NCBI RefSeq assembly: GCF_009914755.1
Contig: NC_060947.1
Length of the DNA stretch: 64,000 nucleotides
Direction: 5' to 3' (one strand)
Origin: the human T2T-CHM13v2.0 reference genome, Homo sapiens
The notes under the pieces are model-generated. The model did no database searches, had not been told where the DNA came from, and saw only the letters and a program-made list of their open reading frames with translations. A program made the position numbers and the translations under genes. This document shows, piece after piece, positions 41,901-57,560 of this stretch; the first letter of the stretch is position 1; each line of letters starts with the position of its first letter.

Positions 41901-43959
41901 AGGAAGTTTCTTTCTTTCTTTCTTTTTTAATGGTATTATGGAACTAATAAGAGGCCAAATGAATATTCTGAATTTAATTCTTTTTCAAGCATGTGGCTGC
42001 CATAAAGATGTGCCGTCCGCAATAGAGACGTATAGTTTTGGAAATACAAAGGCAGTGTGGCATTCTGTTGAACGATTCGGCAGCTGACTGTGATGAAGTT
42101 GAAATTTTAAGTAAGAGAGGGGAAAGATGGGAACCAGAAATTTTTTTCTCAGGCGATGCTGTTAAAGCAAGTGCAAAACGCTGCCCTATTTTATCACGAT
42201 GTGTGTGGGTGGTGAGAGTTCTTTTTTTCCGGGTTGTTCATCCATTAAATGATTTTTAGCAGCATATACATGATTAAATTCACAATGGCACTTTAATAAG
42301 CCCCTTCATCTGCATCATTTAGAATAAAACTTTAGGTCTGATTTAGAAACAATGAGAACGTGTATTCCTTGACTCCTTGAGCTATGTGAAGGAGAAACTA
42401 ATAGATAAAGCTAACCCATTACACAACAACTAGTAGAAAAGTGACAAAGGTAACTATGTGTGTGGGTTAAATACCTGCAGCTGAATCATGCTGTGTTATG
42501 AGCTGTGGGACTACAAAGGCAAATATTTCATAATTCTTGCCCTTTGAAAGCTTAAAATTAACACAGAAAACCGTCAGGGATTTTGGAGGAAAATACAAAG
42601 AACATTTAATAATTATTTTATGTCAGGTAAATCAGACCCAGAATAATTTGTTTTATTAATACTACTGATGAAGAATTAAACTGAGAATTTAAAATATATA
42701 TATTTCGTGGAAAAAATAATACATTATAAAACTCAAAAAGAAATTTTTCTTGGGAGCTTCATGTAATTGTTGATGCTGAAACTGTCTTGTTCAACTCTGT
42801 ATCAAACTATTTGTTATTCATTAATAAATTTACATTCACCTTATTACTTTTCCATGGGACCTTTACTCCAGTCACTGATATTTGCAAGAGGTGTCTTAAA
42901 ACTTTCAGTTTTATTGCCAGAAATCCCTTTTCTTATGCTCCACCTGGAAAAAAAAATACCCTGTCTACCTTGGACCAGCCAGTCACAAACAGAATCCACC
43001 TGCGAAGATCATGGATAAATGACAAATTCAAAGCCTTGAAAGAAAACCTGGCACTTGGCTGATGATGATATTGGCTAAATATCTTAAAAGCAGAAGATCA
43101 AAAAGCAAATGGAAATTGGGCCTTAAAACTGGAAATAATCTGAAAGGGGAAATGACTTGTAGCTGAGTAAGAGCCATGGAAACAGTCAGGAATACATTTT
43201 CTGGCCTAATTTTGTGGGTCAGATTGGGAGGGGGAATAAACTCTTTGGCCACCAACATTTTCAAATATCAGAACTTGACATCCGTCCACCTTCTCATTTC
43301 TCCCAAGAAATAATCTGTGGCTTTCTCAACATATGCTCGCCACTCCACCCTGCCATCTTTCGCCTTCAGGTTGTCAGGGTTGCATGAATTCTGCCCAGTT
43401 CCTGGGCAGAATTTTCCAGCATTCTACAATCTGCCCTTCTGAAAGAGCACCACAGAAAGTGTAAAGATTGCAAACACATTGACTGCTTGGCCACAGAAGA
43501 CAAGATCTCTCCCAGATGGAGTCCCACTGCTTCTTCCAGCCGTTATTTTGTCAGGAGTGGCGAAGAATACCATCTGCTGCCCCATTCAAGAGGAAGGCTT
43601 TGCCTCCCCACATTGGGCTCCAGAGAACCCATTTCTAAGCCTGTCAATAGAGAGCTGGCAACAGCAACTGTTTTTATCTCATCACCATGCTTTTTAGAAA
43701 GGTCACTGTGCCACGTGTAGTTTCTTTACTGGCCATCATTAATGTTGCTGAGAAAGAAGGACTCCCTTTAACTTTGCCAAAGGGATGAAGGGACCCCTGC
43801 TGTTATTTCGTATGTATTAAGGGAGAGAAGAGTTTGCAGAAGGAGATGTCTATCAGCTGGCTGAGAAATCCTTCAAGGGATCACTTCTCAGCCTTTTATT
43901 TCTGGTCCTGTTTCAGGTTGGGTTTCTCTTTCATGGTAGCCCTAGTGGATATTTACAGG

Positions 43960-44465
43960 AGTCACCTAGCATTCAAACACCCCTGGGGGGATGGGTAGTC
44001 CCAAAGCAGGTGGGAGACAGGACCCGACTTCTTGCTGCAGAACCTGAAGAAGCAGGTGTTTCCCCTCCCCTCCTCAGGACAGCTGGAGGAGCCAGGTGTA
44101 ACCAAGCCTGGTTCACCAGATGAGCCATCTGGGAGGAATGACCAAGGCATGCCGATTTTGTGGTTCCACAGGAATCGAGATCCCAGAGGTTGCAGCAGCT
44201 GGTGTGGGGAGCTACAGAGTCCAGCAGTGTGACAGTGAGTAATCTGGGGACACAGGGCCTGTGGCGACATCCTCAGTAGTTTCGTCTCTTTGATTGCATC
44301 TGTGTTTGCCACCATTTTATAAGCCTGGGGCTCCAGCTTTCCTGGTGATTCTGTGAACTGCACCCCATCCCCACCCCCACCAAGATCCTACCAATAAATT
44401 CCTTTCTCCTTTAATTAGCTAGAGATAGTTTTTGAGGTTGGCAACTAGGAATCCTAACCTGAATA
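43960..44465 (+). mobile_element. LTR33-like ERVL LTR, ~2.4 kb upstream of NDP
   Basis: 3' end ccaataaattcctttc...ttagctagagatagtttttgaggttggcaactaggaatcctaac; 5' boundary uncertain. Confidence 0.55.
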
Positions 44466-45534
44466 TTACATTTTCCAAATTTAGGCAAACTAACATCATT
44501 AACATACAGATGGAAACACAGTCTCCACTTCCTCATAGTTACTTTCCCAAACAAATAAATGGCTTCAGATTCATTGTCAGTCTGCTCTAGTCTCTGCTAT
44601 AGTATTGCAAAAGTAGGAAATTCCTTTGTGGGTGTATGAGAAGATCCATGGTGTATGTGCATTTGTGTAATCCCAGTATACCAGCATAATCTATGAGGCA
44701 CAGTTTATAATTTTCTGTGAGAATGCTAATTTCTATTGTCCATGAATATGATAGTATTCATTCATTCAAAAATACCTGTTAATAGTAATAGCAACCACTT
44801 AACGGGTGTTTACGCTCTGTCAGCCTCTGTGCCAAATATTCTATATGTATTATCTCTTTCAAAGAGATATACAACAACTCTATAAAGGAGATACCATTAA
44901 TGTCTCTATTTTACAAATGGAAAAACTGAGGCTCTGAGAAATTAGGTGGCTTGCCTGTGGTTGACACAGCAGGCAAATGGTAGGTATGAACTTTGGCTTT
45001 CTTGTCTCCAAAGACCATGGCTTACCTACTATGCTCTGCTGCCCCTATTCAACAGAAACTCCCTGAGCAACACCTACATAGTAACGCTCTGCTATTTGTT
45101 GGGGAGACACATAAAAGTAGGACATGGATCCAGTTCTTAAAAATGTTTATGATATTATAGGGAAGAGAGAAATGTTCACTTGTGAAGACACTGCAAGGTA
45201 GAGCATGGTAAGTGCCACAAGAAAAGCAAAAGGTACAATAAGAGGAAGTGGTACATCCAGGAGAACGCCATTGGATCTGGGCTTTGACGGCACAGAGTGG
45301 GAACTAGAGGACAAATGAGTTTTTGCAGTGACTTGCAGCCATACATTTTGTCTGGGCTTAAATTTAGGCTACCGTAAGCCAGGAGGGTGTGATGAGCAGA
45401 GTGAAACCAGGCCACGGATCTGGGGCCAGATGAGGTTAAAAAGGAGAGGATAGAATGGCAAGCCAGACAGTTAAAGAAGAGGTTATATATGTGGAAGGAG
45501 ATTAAGCAGAGGAGCAAAGGTAAGTAGCCTGGCA

Positions 45535-46690
45535 GGGGTGCAAACAGGTATTTTCTTTCATCCATGCATTCATTCAACAAATATTCTTTTATGAAAAAAA
45601 AACTTTTTCAGAAAGCATGACCATTTAAAAGTCATTATCACAAAGCCATAATAAATAATTTGAAATAAACTTTGAAATACAGAAAAAAAAATTTCTTTGA
45701 GTGCCTCCTAACTGCCCGAGCTGTGTTCATCCCAGGGGATCTGGCATTGAATAAGACAGACAAAGTTTCTACGGTTGTGGTGTAGGAGTATGTCCATAAG
45801 GACACATTAAAGACAAATGACAAAACCTTGAGTATCAATAGCTTAAAACATAAGGACATTTATGGTGCTCAATCTGGAACTGGGCAGTTCTAGGGCTGGT
45901 ATAGTGGCTCCATGATATCATCAAAAACCCAAGCTCCTTCCACTTCCATGATACTCAGCACTGTTGGCTTCCGTTTTCCTCTGGCAGGTCAATTCGTGGA
46001 TGCCAGATGGCTGATGGAACTCTAGAAATCACACTGAGATTCAGGAGTCTAGAGGGAAAGAGAGAAGAGTTTGCTCTTTGTCTGTCTCTTCAATCAGGAA
46101 GCTCACTCTGGCTCATATGTCAAGATGGATCATGTGCAGATAGGGAGGTGGGAAGGAACAAAGTGTGGCAGGAGAGAAGTCACTGAAGTCTCCTAGACAA
46201 GAGAAGGTGGTAGCTTGCACCAAGGTTGAAGTAGTGGAGATAGAGTGAAGTGAACAGATTTCAGATATATTGGCCTCTGCCTTGGACGTGGGAGTTAAAA
46301 AAAAGGAGAAAAATCAAGGGTGATTCCTGCCCCATGGTGGAGTGAGGGAAGCACAGGTTTGGTGAGGGGTGGCGCTGTATGCATTAACTCCATTTGTAAC
46401 AGGTTCAGTTTGACATTCTTGTAAGACATCGAAGTTGAAAGGTAAAGAAGATGGGTTGATATACAGGTCTGGATTTCAGGGCCAGTTTCAGAGCTGGAGC
46501 TATACATTTGGAGGTTGTCAAACTATGGAGCGTATTTAAAGCTATTTGATTGAGATCACCCAGAAACAGATTCTAGCTAAAGAAGAAATGGTGAACTAGG
46601 AGGAGTCCTGGATCTCCCCTACACTGAATAAGACTGAAAAGAAGAAGTCAAAGAGGTGGGAGGAAAGCCAGAAAAGTAGACTGTCACCAG
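45535..46690 (-). mobile_element. L2 fragments interrupted by an MLT1-like LTR (~45830-46140)
   Basis: cattcattcaacaaatatt tail and ggttgatatacaggtctggatttcaggg...tttggaggttgtca L2 body. Confidence 0.6.
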
Positions 46691-46904
46691 TAAAACAAAT
46701 AGTAGCTTTGTTTTTGCTTTTAATCATAGAAAGCTACTGCCTGAAACTACAGAAAGGTCTCCACGGCTTTAGACTTGTACTTTTAAACTTTAGGACTGAA
46801 TGGAGAGTTTAAAAAATGCTAAGGCTCAGGCCTCACCCAGGCTAATTAAAATAAAATGTCTAAAAGTGGGGGCTGGGCATTTGGTATTTTTAAAAGCTCC
46901 CTTT

Positions 46905-48155
46905 ACAACACCAAAGGCCCTGTCCATGAAAGACATAACTGATAAGCTTGACCTCACTAAAATTAAAAACTTCTCCTCTGTTAAATACAATGTCAAGAGA
47001 ATGAGAATAAAAGCCACAGACTGGGAGAAAATATTTGCAAAAGACACATCGGATAAAGGACTGATATTGAAAATACACAAAGAACTCTTAAACTCAACAG
47101 TAAGAAAACAAACAACCTAATTTTAAAAATGAGCAAAATACTTAAAACAGATATCTCACCAAAGGAGATATACAGATGGCAAATAAGCATATGGAAAGAT
47201 GTTCCACATCATATGTCATCAGGGAATTGCAAATTAAATCTGCAATTAGAAGCTCCTACACACCTATTAAAATGGCCAAACTTCAAAACATCAACAGCAC
47301 CACACCACTCAATGCACCACTCAGTGCTGGTGAGGATGTGGAGAAACAGTAACTCCCATTTGTTGCTGGTGGAAATGCAAAATGGCACAACCACTTTGGA
47401 AGACAGTCTGGTAGTTTCTTACAACACTAAACAAAGTCTTACCATAGAATCCAGCACTCACATTCCTTAGTATTTAACCGAATGAGTTAAAAACTTACGT
47501 CCACACACGTGTATGTCTGCACACAGATGTTTATAGCAGCTTTATTCATAATTGTCAATACTTGGAAGCAACTAAGATGTTCTTCCATAGGTGAATGAAT
47601 AAATAAACTGTGGTACATTTAGACAATGGAATATTATTTAGCATGAAAAAAGAGCTATCAAGCCATGAAAAGACATTGAGGAAACTTAAATGCATATTAC
47701 TAAGTGAAAGAAGCCAATCTGAAAAGGCCACATACTGTATGATTCCAACTACATGACATTCTGGAAAAGGCAAAACTATGAAGACAGCTAAAAGATCAGT
47801 GGTTGCTAGGGGTTAGGGAGAGAGATAAATAGATGGAGCACAGAGGATTTTTTAGAGCAGTGAAACTACTTTGTGTGATACTGTAATGGTGGATGCATGT
47901 TATTATACATTTGTCCAATTCCATAGAATTTACAATATGAAGAGTGAACCCTAATGAAAACTATGGACTCTGGGTGATAATGATGTATCAGTGTAGGTTC
48001 ACTGACTATAACAAATGTACCACTCTGGTGCAGGATATCAATAGTGGGGGAGACATTGTGGGTGTGGAGACAGAGGATACATGGTAACTCTCTTTACTTT
48101 CCACTCAATTTCACTGTGAACCTAAAACTGCTCTAAAAAATGAAGTCTATTTAAA
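46905..48155 (+). mobile_element. L1MC-like 3' end
   Basis: ORF2 end (ATDWEKIFAK..SDKGL in ORF 46800) and 3' UTR gagtgaaccctaatgaaaactatggactctgggtgataatgatg. Confidence 0.85.
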
Positions 48156-48400
48156 ACACACACATACACACACACACAAAGCATGGCATGTTCTCTCCCC
48201 TCCCCCTAAATGTTACCTGATTAAAGAGACAACCTCAGGGAAAGAAACAAAAACAGAGAATGTCAGATGATACCAAAGAGCAGTTTTTACCCATCACAAC
48301 TGTACCCAGTGTTTAGCTATTACACATGTACATAGTCAATCAGTTAATAAACAATTTCATAGTGTAAATTCAAGCCAATGAACCACTAGATATGCACTAA

Positions 48401-48716
<316 letters not shown>

Positions 48717-50552
48717 GATATGCACTAATTTTAATGAATGATTTCTTTTGGCATCTTTTCCACCATTTTATGAGCTTCTTCAGAGCACTGAGAGAATATC
48801 TTTTTTTACAACATACTGTACATCTCATCAAAGGCATAAATAAGGCACACTCTTTGGTTTATAAAAAGATGACAAAAGAAAAAAGACTTGGCTCTAAATT
48901 GAAGCACCTTTTGAACTTTGTAAAAATCATTTTAAGAGCAACATTGTTATGTAATAGAAAAATTAAGATTATTATCTAACTCGTTGCTTTTTAAATAAAT
49001 TATCTGTGAGTTACTCCATAAAGATAATGAAAAAATATTTTATACACAAAATTAAAAATGTAAGGATTCAAGTAGGTCCAAAGAACATTTGAGAAAAAAA
49101 GACTTGTCTTTAAGTGGGAAAAATATCCTGTAATAAAGTGTGTCATCTTGTTTCACTATGGTTCTAAAATTAGCCCTTCCTCATTTAGGTGAGAAACATG
49201 GTTATTAAAATCATCAGTTAGTACGCTGCCAAACTTCTGGGGGCCTCCATGCAAGGAAAAGATCCCTGATGTCCATTTTATTTCAAAGGTCTTATTTTTA
49301 CCCCAAAGGACCCCTCAATAGTATCTGACACAAATAAGCAACTCTTCCTTAAAGTTCTTTCTTCCCTTAGTCTTCATTATGTTATAGGATCCATTACTAC
49401 CCTGGCATTCCTTTCCTCCAAGGCCTCAATTCTCTTCTCCACTCACACACACCTGATGATTTATTCGATTCACCATTCAAATGTTTGTTGGATGTCAATT
49501 TCTCTTGACCCACTTCCTGAACTCCAGAATGAGAATTTCACTTTCTCCTGAAAAAGTCTCCATTTAAGTATCCCATTGGCATCTCTCACTGGTAGCAGTC
49601 AGGCCGATCATCTGCTACTATAATGCTGCTACATTTTTTTGTATCCTCAACTCAATTGTATCACAGTTGCCCCAGCCTGGAAACTGATTTAGGTCTGCAA
49701 TTTTGGGAAAGTTATTGACTTCTTACAGCCTCAGTTACTTCATCTGTTTTATGGGTAAAGAAAACCGATTTAAGAGGCTCAGTGTGAAGGTTATTTGAGA
49801 CATTGAACTGCCACTTCTTTTGATTTCAGACATTATTGCTCTGTGTTGTTGTTAGACAAGGCCTTGCTGTAGAACACCTAAGGAAATGGTGAACTTAGTT
49901 CCAGCTATAAACAGACCCAAGGCCTTTGACTCCCATATTATAATGCCTACAAAACTACTGGCAGGCTAGGAAGTAATAACTTCCTCCATAGAATGAGACA
50001 GAACTGTTTCTGTCGTATTTGAACTTCAATTTCTTATGTTCTTGCTATAAAATAATAGACACTACTGTCAAATCTTATTTGCTCAAATTCTTAAAATTTT
50101 ACAGGATTAAGAAATATTCCCCTACTTTTGTATAAAATACGAAATTCACTTAGAAATATATTGTTAATTAACTTTGCATGTTTCAGGATCACTATTTTCA
50201 TTAGTAGCTCAACAAATTCCTATAAGGTTCATTTTCATCTTACTTAAGGTCAATCTCACATAAAAGCAATTATTGTTAGAGTTTGTACAGACAGCTTATA
50301 ATTAATGTACACTTTTGAAACAATGAATAGCCATTGACGGGATATTCAAAGAAAAATTATATTTCTTGATCTTCCCCCAGCAAAAAAGAAAATCATACTA
50401 GTCATCATACTTGACACTTCTTTATTATTCTCAAAATAATTTTTTCACATATTGAACAGTTTCTTTGTCCCAAATTTATGGATGACTTTCTCAATTAAAA
50501 CTTAATCTTAAAAAAACATATTTGGTGGTTTGAGGCAAGAAAAAATAAAAGG

Positions 50553-51895
<1,343 letters not shown>

Positions 51896-51921
51896 AAACA
51901 AAACAAAACAAACCCTTCAGA

Positions 51922-52179
51922 TGGGAGACTGATGTGGGTGGACTGCTTGAGGCCAAGAGTTTGAGACCAGCTTGGGCAACATAGTGAGACCCCATTTCTA
52001 CAAAAAAAAAAAAAAATTGCTGGGCATGGTGGCACATGCCTGTAGCCGTAACTACTCAGGCTAAGGCAGGAGGATTACTTGAGCCCAGGAGTTCAAGATT
52101 ACAGTGAGCTATGATCATGCCACTGCACTCCAGCCTGGGTGATAGAGACCCTGTCTCTAAAAGCCAACAAACAAACAAA
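51922..52179 (+). mobile_element. AluJ, 5'-truncated
   Basis: ggcaacatagtgagaccccatttctac...gtgagctatgatcatgccactgcactccagcc. Confidence 0.85.
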
Positions 52180-53119
52180 GTACCCATTAGAGTCCTTTCT
52201 CTGGCAGGCATCAATTCCTTCTCTCATGACAATAACTTATAAAGACTTATAAGAAAAGAAAACAAACAAAAACCCAAGAAATATTATAAAGGAAAGAGAA
52301 AGGCCAGAACTTAAATATTAAGATGCACCCAATTCATGTACCCTTGAGAAAGCCATATTGCTGGATTCATGGCCCAGCAGCTGGGTGACAGCCAGGAATT
52401 TGGTACACCTCATACTCCCAGAGTTTCCTCTGAGATGTGCTTCCATTTGCCCCTGGTTTCCCCCCTGCACTATTTTAATTAAACAACAAAAAAAAGAACT
52501 AGTAAATTTAGAGTGTAAATCAAAGAGTTTGTCTTTCATTTCAATGAACAGTGTTCCCATCGTGTCCACATCAGTAAAACGGTGATCAGAAATAACTATT
52601 TTAAGAATTATTTATTTATCGTTTAGGAAAATAACTGAATATTTTTTACTGCAGCATGACAACATACTGCAGAATGTTTCCTGCTGACTCCAATTGCATG
52701 TATAAGCATTTACTTGAAGGAAATATTAAAAAGTATATTATTACACATTTTTGAAATATATTAGAAAGTATTACCAAAACCACTGAGAAAGACAGTTCTG
52801 AAATCTGGTAACTGCTATAACTTTTTTACTATTCTGTTCCTTCAACATATCTGTATTTATCCTTTATTTACAAAGTATATAAATAGTCTTTATTAAAAAA
52901 TGAAAAAAAGACTTAAAGGTAGTCCACAGTTTTTCTATGAGATAAATAGAAGCAACTTCATTTTATTCATTTGTTGATTCAATCTGCATTTATTAAGCGC
53001 CAATTAAATACAGAAAACCCTATCTTTCCTTACTGAGTTGATGAATAATAAGATTTTCAGAAATGCTCCTTGATTTTCCCAGGTATCTGAGAAATGATTT
53101 TCCAACCTTTTTTCAGTCC

Positions 53120-55060
53120 CATTTATTCAACAAATAATTTTTGAGCAGTGTCAAGCCCTGTTTTAGGCCTTAAGATTAGAATAGCAAACAAGATAGACAA
53201 GGTCCCAGCTCTCATGAAACTGACATTCCATTAAAGAGACAGACAACAAGCTCATAAACAAATAGACAATAAACTCTCAGGTCATTATAAGTGCAATGAA
53301 GGAAATCCAAAAGGATAAGGGGATACGGAGTGAAGGGGAGTGCTATTTTACATTGGGTGATCAGGAAATGCTCCTAGGAGGAGGTGGTATTTGAGCAGGG
53401 GTATGGGTGAAGTAAGAGAGGTCATGCAAGGGCTAGAAGAAGACTACTCCAGGCAGAGGAGACAGCCTTTGGAGGGGAGCATAAAAAGGAGGCCACTATG
53501 GCTGCAGCAGAGTGAATAAGAAGAGCAAGAGTAGAAGAAAATGTGTCAAGGGTCAGATCATGTCAAGCCTCTGGGCACTGTAAGGCATTTTCAGTGCATT
53601 CTAATGTGATAGGAAGCCACTGGGGAGTTTTGAACTAGAGGATGACCTGATCTGGTTCATGTTCATAAAAGATCACCCTGGGTCTTTCGTGGAAATAGGC
53701 AGTCTGGTTAGGAGGCCAATGCAGTGAAACATGATGGAATTCTGACTATATTTTGAAAGTAGAGCTTTTGCAGAACTTGTTGATGAATTGAATTTATGGC
53801 CTGGGTGAGGAAAAGGAATTGGTAATGGCACTTGGGTTTTTGGTGTGAACAACTAGTGATTAATCGGAGTTCCCATTTAACTAAAATAGGGAAGATCAGA
53901 AAATACGTATAGTAGATGTGGGAGGCAAAGCCAAGAGCTCTGATTTAGACATATTAGAACATCTATTGGGCAAGAAGGACAAATGTTCTGATGACAAACA
54001 GAGCAGACCTGCTGGAACAGTATTTATTGCAGATCTGTGAGTTTCCCATTGTACCTCACCCTCTGGGGTAGCTCCCCAAAGTCAGATGTGGAAAAGAGAC
54101 ATGACTGTTGGGACATGAAGCTTTTGTGCTGAATAATTTAGGGAAGAACCAGGCTCTATTCTGATATGATGAAGGGCCAGGATGTAATAACAGTATTTAC
54201 ATAGTAGAACCATGCTCCATCTCTATCTTGCCAGTCTTGCCTCTGGTGTGATTGGGGACCAGGATATAATAACAATATGATATAGCAGAACCTTGTCCCA
54301 CGCCTATCCTGCCAGCTCCTCTTCTAGTGTTACGAAAGTGCAGGAAGAATCAAAGCTCCATGCTGCAGCTGTATAACACAGAAAGCTAACAGCAAGATTT
54401 GCCGCATCTGTGTTCATGACTGGAGAAGCATCGGCCCCTATTCGGGCATGCTTGGAGGGCTGAGGTCCAAGCCTCATGGTTGACCAAGATTGATTGCCTT
54501 AAGTACTGGCCTTGGCCAGTTTCTATGGAGATTTGCAAGAGGCTACTTTTCTCTCTGCAGGAAATAATTCATGGACAAATTAACAGTTCCTCTTAGTAAA
54601 AACTTGGATTCAGTTTGTAGTGGTGGAGTGGTGAAATGTGGTTGGATTCTGGAAATACTCTCAATATAGATTTCTTAAGGAACTTGGTGATGGGTTGGCT
54701 TTAGAATTTAAGGGGGAAAGGGGGAATCAAGGAGGATGTATAGGTTGTTGTCCTGAATAACTGATTTAATCATGTTGTCACTGACAGAAATAAGGAAGAT
54801 TGAAGAAGTGTATAGTCGGGGTGGAGGTGGAACCAAGAATTCTGCTTTGTAAATGCCTAATAGACACACAAATAGAGAAATGGACAGCACCTGGAGTTCA
54901 GGGGAGAGATCTAGACTGCAGATACAAATTTTGGAGTCATCAGCATGTAGATACCTTTGAAAGCCATGAAACTGGATCATCTTAGGAGTGAATACGAAAG
55001 GGAAAAGGGCTTCACGCTGTCTTCTGCCCAGATTGTGTCAATATTTAGAAGTCTGGAGCA
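53120..55060 (-). mobile_element. L2 fragments (~53120-53960 and ~54620-55060) with an intervening unassigned segment
   Basis: catttattcaacaaataattttt tail; ggagttcaggggagagatctagactgcagatacaaattttggagtcatcagcat. Confidence 0.65.
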
Positions 55061-55907
55061 GGCCTAGTGTTCACTTCTATTCCAGGCAGACTCTTGGTTG
55101 CTCACACCAAGAAAAGAAGAAACATTCAAGCACAATGTAATCTCAAAATGATACCTGTGATTTACTGCACAAGGCAGGCTTGATATAGACCTGAAGCATC
55201 ATGTTCCAAGGCAATGGGGGAATATTTCTACAAATACAGACACAAAAGATGATGAAGGCACAATATTAAAAGCACAGCTTTCTCCTCACTCCTCTAAGGA
55301 GAATTCCCTGCCAACTAAACATGAAATTGACAAAAACACATATTTTGCCTACTCTTCCAGAGATTTCAATTAAAATTATATAATTATTTCAAAGCTTTTT
55401 GAGCAAGGCTTGTTTTCTTTTGAACACAACATTTTCTTCTATCTTTAATATGGCTATATTTTACTCTTTCTTCCTTCCAAACTACAGAACTCTTAAATTA
55501 TTGGACATTCCTCTCACATGATATGTCTATTTTGTGCTTCAAGTTTAGGTTTCTCAGACCAATGTTTCAAGTAGGCAACAATGATGCTTCAGATATAGTT
55601 ATTCCCATACAGATCACTTTTATATTCTTTATTGCTCTAAAGAGAAATTATCAAGGAAATCTGAAAATGTAATTGTCCTTTCCTCAGCTTTTGGGTCTAG
55701 AGCCAGGAATTGGTTATGGCCCAAGCTAAATGAACGAGGCATTAAATCATGATCTATAATACTTAATCAGGAATCAAAAGGGTCTTGGTTGATAGGGATG
55801 GTGGAACAGATAAAAATGTCCAACAATGTGAAACATGGAATTATTTGGGTTCCTCTTTGTTTTAGCTTATTTCCTGCTCCTCTTCCCCAAACAAAAAGAT
55901 CTGTTTT

Positions 55908-56557
55908 GGTGCTGGAGAGGATGTGGAGAAATAGGAACACTTTTACACTGTTGGTGGGACTGTAAACTAGTTCAACCATTGTGGAAGACAGTGTGGTGAT
56001 TCCTCAAGGATCTAGAACTAGAAATACCATTTGACCCAGCAATCCCGTTACTGGATATATACCCAAAGGATTATAAATCATGCTACAATAAAGACACATG
56101 CACTCGTATGTTTATTGCGGCACTATTCACAATAGCAAAGACTTGGAACCAACCCAAATGTCCATCAATGATAGACTGGATTAAGAAAATGTGGCACATA
56201 TACACCATGGAATACTATGCAGCCATAAAAAGGATGAGTTCATGTCCTTTGTAGGGACATGGATGAAGCTGGAAACCATCATTCTCAGCAAACTATCGCA
56301 AGGCCAGAAAACCAAACACCGCATGCTCTCATAGGTGGGAATTGAACAATGAGAACATTTGGACACAGGGTGGGGAACATCACACACCGGGGCCTGTTGT
56401 AGGGTGGGAGGAGCGGGGAGGAATAGCATGAGGAGAGATACCTAATGTAAACGACGAGTTAATGGGTGCAGCACACCAACATGGCACATGTATACATATG
56501 TAACAGACTTGCACGTTGTGCACATGTAACCTAGAACTTAAAGTATAATAATAAAAA
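55908..56557 (+). mobile_element. 5'-truncated L1PA insertion with TSD
   Basis: ggtgctggagaggatgtggagaaatagg...ctagaacttaaagtataata; flanked by aaaa(g/c)atctgtttt. Confidence 0.95.
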
Positions 56558-56689
56558 CATCTGTTTTTTTAAAAAATAAAAGTAATTAAAACTTAGTACA
56601 TTGGATTATAAAATTTTTCAGGGCCAATATTTGGATAAGAATAACTAAGAAATTTCTAGAAAAATAAACAATGAATAATGAAGACACGG

Positions 56690-57560
56690 CAAGAACACTT
56701 ATTGCTCACTCAGTTTCCATGTGTTCCTCCACATTACTCAACCCCCTTGTTGTGGATGGGACCATGGAACCAGTTCTGGCCAATGGGCAGGAAAGGTACC
56801 ACTTCCGAATCAGTGTTTAAGATCGTGGGCATAAACTCTCCAGCTCTCTCTTCTCATACTTCAGTGACATGAAGGCCATACATGAAGATTGCAGCATCAA
56901 AACATGAAAACGGCCTATGTCACTGAATCTCTACATGAAACAGAACTGGCCCAGAGAGTTGACTGACCCATGGTGGAATGTGTGCCACTGTGAAATAAGT
57001 CTTTGTTGTATTAAGCTACAGAGTTTTGGAGTTTTGTATTTTACCATAGCATTACCTATGTATATACTAATACAAAGGGAAACTTTCCACAATAGACACT
57101 ACTAAACAGATCAATGAATATGAGGGTTTATAAATCAATCTATGTATATTTTGAAGTTTAGTATATGACAGTGGTGTCTTAGTCGGGAAATATTACTGTG
57201 CATGTCTCAGTTAGCAAATCAACCCTATACTTAGAGGTTCAAAATGTCAATAATCATTTATTATCTCATGGATTTGGTGGGTCAGAAATTCAAGGCATAG
57301 TAGAAATAGTTTGTCTCCATACCACAATGCCTGGAGCTTCAGCTGGGGCAGATCAGAGGCTGGAGGCTGGAATCCTCTGAAGACTCATTCACTCACATAT
57401 CTGAGGCTGATACTGGCCATTGGCTTGGGGCCTAGCTGGGACTGTCAGCTGAAACACCCACATATGTCCTCCCTCCATAGCATGGGCTTCTTCACAAACT
57501 GATAGCTGGGTTTTCAAGGGTGAATGTAACGAGAGAGAGAGAGAGAGAGAGAGAGTTACA
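56690..57560. mobile_element. Two old MLT1 LTR fragments (~56690-57075 plus; ~57175-57560 minus)
   Basis: ccagttctggccaatggg...aaataagtctttgttgtattaagctacagag...ctaataca; then tgtcttagtc...ggctggaggctggaatcctctgaagactcattcactcac. Confidence 0.65.
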
